Of a stretch of 64,000 bases of DNA, positions 27,197 through 64,000 are shown in pieces. The notes under the pieces were generated by a model. It was not told where the DNA came from, made no database searches, and saw only the letters and a list, made by a program, of their open reading frames with translations. The position numbers were made by a program, and so were the translations under genes. The stretch covers positions 27,158,001-27,222,000 of the forward strand of contig CM097885.1 of assembly GCA_044892525.1 (NCBI GenBank). The letters are read 5' to 3'. This DNA comes from Schmidtea polychroa. Lineage: Eukaryota. Position 1 is the stretch's first letter. Each line of letters begins with the position of its first letter.

Positions 27197-27634
27197 TGTT
27201 TTCGTCTAAGACAAATCAGAAGAGTTTCTTTGTAATTATTCGCATCACACGCTTTATTTGTGCAAAACCATTGTTTGTTAAACCATTTAACGTGTCCAAT
27301 AACTTGAGATTGAGCCATGATTGAATTTGAAACATTGGATAATTGTTCAACACTTTGGCTAGGAAACATTTGAATGGTGTTGATCTTTTTAAGAACTCGA
27401 TTAAATAGAATATCATATTCCTTCTTTTCGGCAATTCCATATTCTGCTTTATTATTCTTTGACATGAAACGATGAACAAAAATTATCCAAAGATCTATGG
27501 TTTGACTTGTAACTTTAAACGAAGCTCCAGTATCACATATAGCACTATCTTTTGCAGCAATTATTCTTTCGATACTTGGTCCAATAGAAGTGTCATAATA
27601 TTCACCAGATGATTTAAAAACATTTTCATTTTCC
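27197..27634 (-). pseudogene. ORF ending in a frameshifted cold-shock domain start (VIGHVKWFN / NNGFAQIKR)
   Basis: Matches the CSD pattern V.G.VKWFN..NG(F/Y)..I.R across a frameshift at ~27275. The ORF then runs into (TTA)n. Confidence 0.5.
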
Positions 27635-27965
27635 ATATTTAACTTCCAGAAAAAACGAATAAAATCAATTCCTTTCACCAAAGCCGCAAATTCAAAATAC
27701 ATACACAATTCACCAGTTTAAACAAAAGATTCCTGCTCTTCAATTAACAAAAAATCAAAACCAAATTCCACAAATTAAAGATCGATTCCATTCTCTACAA
27801 ACTAAATATAAAAAACCACAATATAAACATAAAACTACTTCTCACGTCTGTGTGCGCACACTAACAAGAATCGGTTTAACCATACCGCGCAGACAGACGC
27901 GATAACACTCAGCAACAAACTGCTAGTCAGAGGTAAATGCCAATCCCCCTCTGACTGGTCGAAAC

Positions 27966-28630
<665 letters not shown>

Positions 28631-30204
28631 GATACAGAGTGAATCTGCATGTGGAGAATGGTCAATGATGATGATATCTATGCGATGAAAAGAATAAACA
28701 TTATTGTGATAACTTATTATTAACAATTTGATTTATATTGATTTATTCGTGATGACATTATAGAAATTTATAAAAAAAGGAAATGACATCTTTTCAAGAA
28801 TCATTTGAAGCGGCTAAAACTTTAAAATCAATGACAAATAAAAATACATTAAAAATGCTGGACAAATGGATAATTCCAAAAATAGTAACAATTAAAATTT
28901 GCACTTTTAAAAACAGAAAATTCTATTGACTTTAACAGAACAGAATATATTGACATTCAAAATGGAGTGTTAACAGGGATTTCATATATAAGTCGACTGA
29001 TTTCTCAGTCAAATCACCCAAAAAATAAGAGCTTTTAAGAAGAGTTGTAAATTCAGAAATTGATATTCCAATATAATTTAGAGCTATACCTATTTTACAC
29101 ATCCGAGGTCAGGAAGCTATAAGCATTTACATACACATACACACGCATATTTATATATATTTATATATAATACAAATTGAAATATATTTGAGGTGATTGT
29201 TAATTTCATATTTTTAACTTTATTAGTAATTGTGATAATGTAATAAATTTATTGAACCAGTGTTTGTGTTCTTATTTATATAGGAACCATCAAGTTGAGA
29301 TTTCAGAACCTCAACATCATCAATCAAACAATATCCATTTCAAAACCAATAAATATTCTCAAATATCAACTGCTTCCAAACAATAAATCTTGACAATTAT
29401 CTAGATGTTTGTTATTAGTTTTATATACATGTTAAGATCTGTTTGTTAATGTTATTTAATGAAAACGTCTAGAAACTTTATTAGTTCGGTTACTTTTCAT
29501 AACAAAAAAATCAACAGCGCTAAAACTAATTAATATTTATTAAACTCAAAACATAAGCAAGCAATACAATGTTGTCTACATGTAACTATTAAAGGTTTTT
29601 GATATCTAATTCTGTTGTATACAGTAGGTTTTGTAAGAAATCTAGAGAGTAAGAGATCTAAGCTTTTGTCAAATCAAATTTATAAAATGAAAAAACCTCA
29701 TCCATACTTAATCAAAAAAGTGGTCTACCGTTAGATTACCTACCTTATTGAAAAATGCAGATTAGATAAGAGTGTAGCTGACAATATAGTATTAAATTTT
29801 GCTGACGCTTAATAAAGTTTTCTGTTTGGATCTTATTTTAATAATTGAAACAAAGAGCACAAGGAGTGAGAGTCAATACCGAATTTAACCATAATAACCC
29901 AACATTTACATTTTTAGAAATAATGTTTATATTTTTCTTAAGAATTTTAAAAATTATATAAAAATTATCAAATGACTATAAAGCTTTTTTCAAATTTAAC
30001 AAATTTAAATTTAGTTTAAAATTTAAAATTTTATATTTCATTTATTTTCATTTTATAAACACAAATCCAGAAATTAGTGCGTCGTATAATTAAATCTTGG
30101 ATCTATTGTCTGAATGAAAATAAATTAAATATCAAAAATGGAAAACAGATCAAATGTGAACGAAAATAATAAATTATTTAAGTGATTAAAAAGAGAGCTT
30201 GAAG

Positions 30205-30350
30205 ACTATAAATCAGTAATATATCGATGTTTTTTGATACTCGCGAATTTTCGGCACTGCCTTTTTCAAGTGAAATTCACTTGAAAAAAAAGAAAAATTC
30301 AATGGAAAAAATAATCAGTGGTGAAATTGGAAAAATAAGTTCTTATAATA
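30205..30350 (-). repeat. Hammerhead repeat in head-to-head arrangement (intact ribozyme on minus strand, ~30241-30273)
   Basis: The reverse complement TCAC-TTGAAAA-A-GGCAGTGCC-GAAA-ATTC-GCGA is joined by the palindrome TTTTCAAGTGAAATTCACTTGAAAA to a plus-strand 3' tail. Confidence 0.75.
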
Positions 30351-30410
30351 TTTAAGTGATATTTATATCCAATCAAATTGTAGATCTCACACAACAAAAA
30401 AATACATGGG

Positions 30411-30580
30411 CTGTCTGTCTGTCACAAGAACTCCTCCCAAACAGTGAAAAAATACGAGAAGTCATTCACACATGTCATTTTTGCTGCAATTTCTAGTACT
30501 ATTTTCAATTTTCAATTTATTTTCGCTAAGTCGCAGGCTTTATTTGACAGACGAGTGCTTCTGGCATGAACAACCAGTGT
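30411..30580 (+). mobile_element. Possible non-autonomous Helitron-like relic
   Basis: (CTGT)n followed by AACTCCTCC and a 3' ...AACCAGT end, a layout seen in short invertebrate Helitron derivatives. Confidence 0.3.
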
Positions 30581-30821
30581 ATGGTAATGTTAATATTGAA
30601 GGATTCCTCAGCATTGTTTTTATCAGCGTTCACTAGAGACTTCTAAAAATATTTTATAATCGAAAATTCTCATCTAATAACTTCTAAAAGTTGCTACAAA
30701 ATCTCGCCTGTATCATTTTGTAATTATCTAACATAAAATATAATAATAAATAACTAATATAAATAAACATTTTATTTGGAAAGCATTATTCACATAAGTT
30801 AAAAAATATTTATCTACAAAA

Positions 30822-64000
<33,179 letters not shown>

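Overview
Very AT-rich eukaryotic (metazoan) genomic DNA. The long (TAA)n tracts and ~42-56 bp micro-introns are compatible with a planarian-like flatworm, but the taxon is only an inference. There are two clear host genes: a cytosolic HSP70/HSC70 (15841-17817, +, one 42-bp intron) and the 3' three-quarters or so of an axonemal dynein heavy chain, DNAH10-like (30822->64000, -, about 25 exons). An intronless PIM-like kinase ORF and an HSP90 pseudogene fragment are also present. The rest is mobile DNA. Highlights: (1) A 9.2-kb insertion (19431-28630) with AGTAG...CTACT ends and a perfect 6-bp TSD (GATACA). This is a Polinton/Maverick-type integration signature, but there are no long TIRs and no recognisable pPolB/integrase/capsid genes. 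Instead it carries AT-hook, coiled-coil and cold-shock-domain cargo, a heat-shock-element promoter and a terminal AP-1/CRE array. A second family member ends at 10364 and a left-end fragment lies at ~13631. (2) A dispersed Penelope-derived ~150-bp repeat (about a dozen copies) carrying a minimal hammerhead ribozyme with a U3-A8 core variant, often as fold-back or inverted pairs. (3) A 6.3-kb near-perfect palindrome at the window start. Two related solo LTRs and many hAT, piggyBac and pogo MITEs are also present. All coordinates were read by eye and may be off by a few bases.
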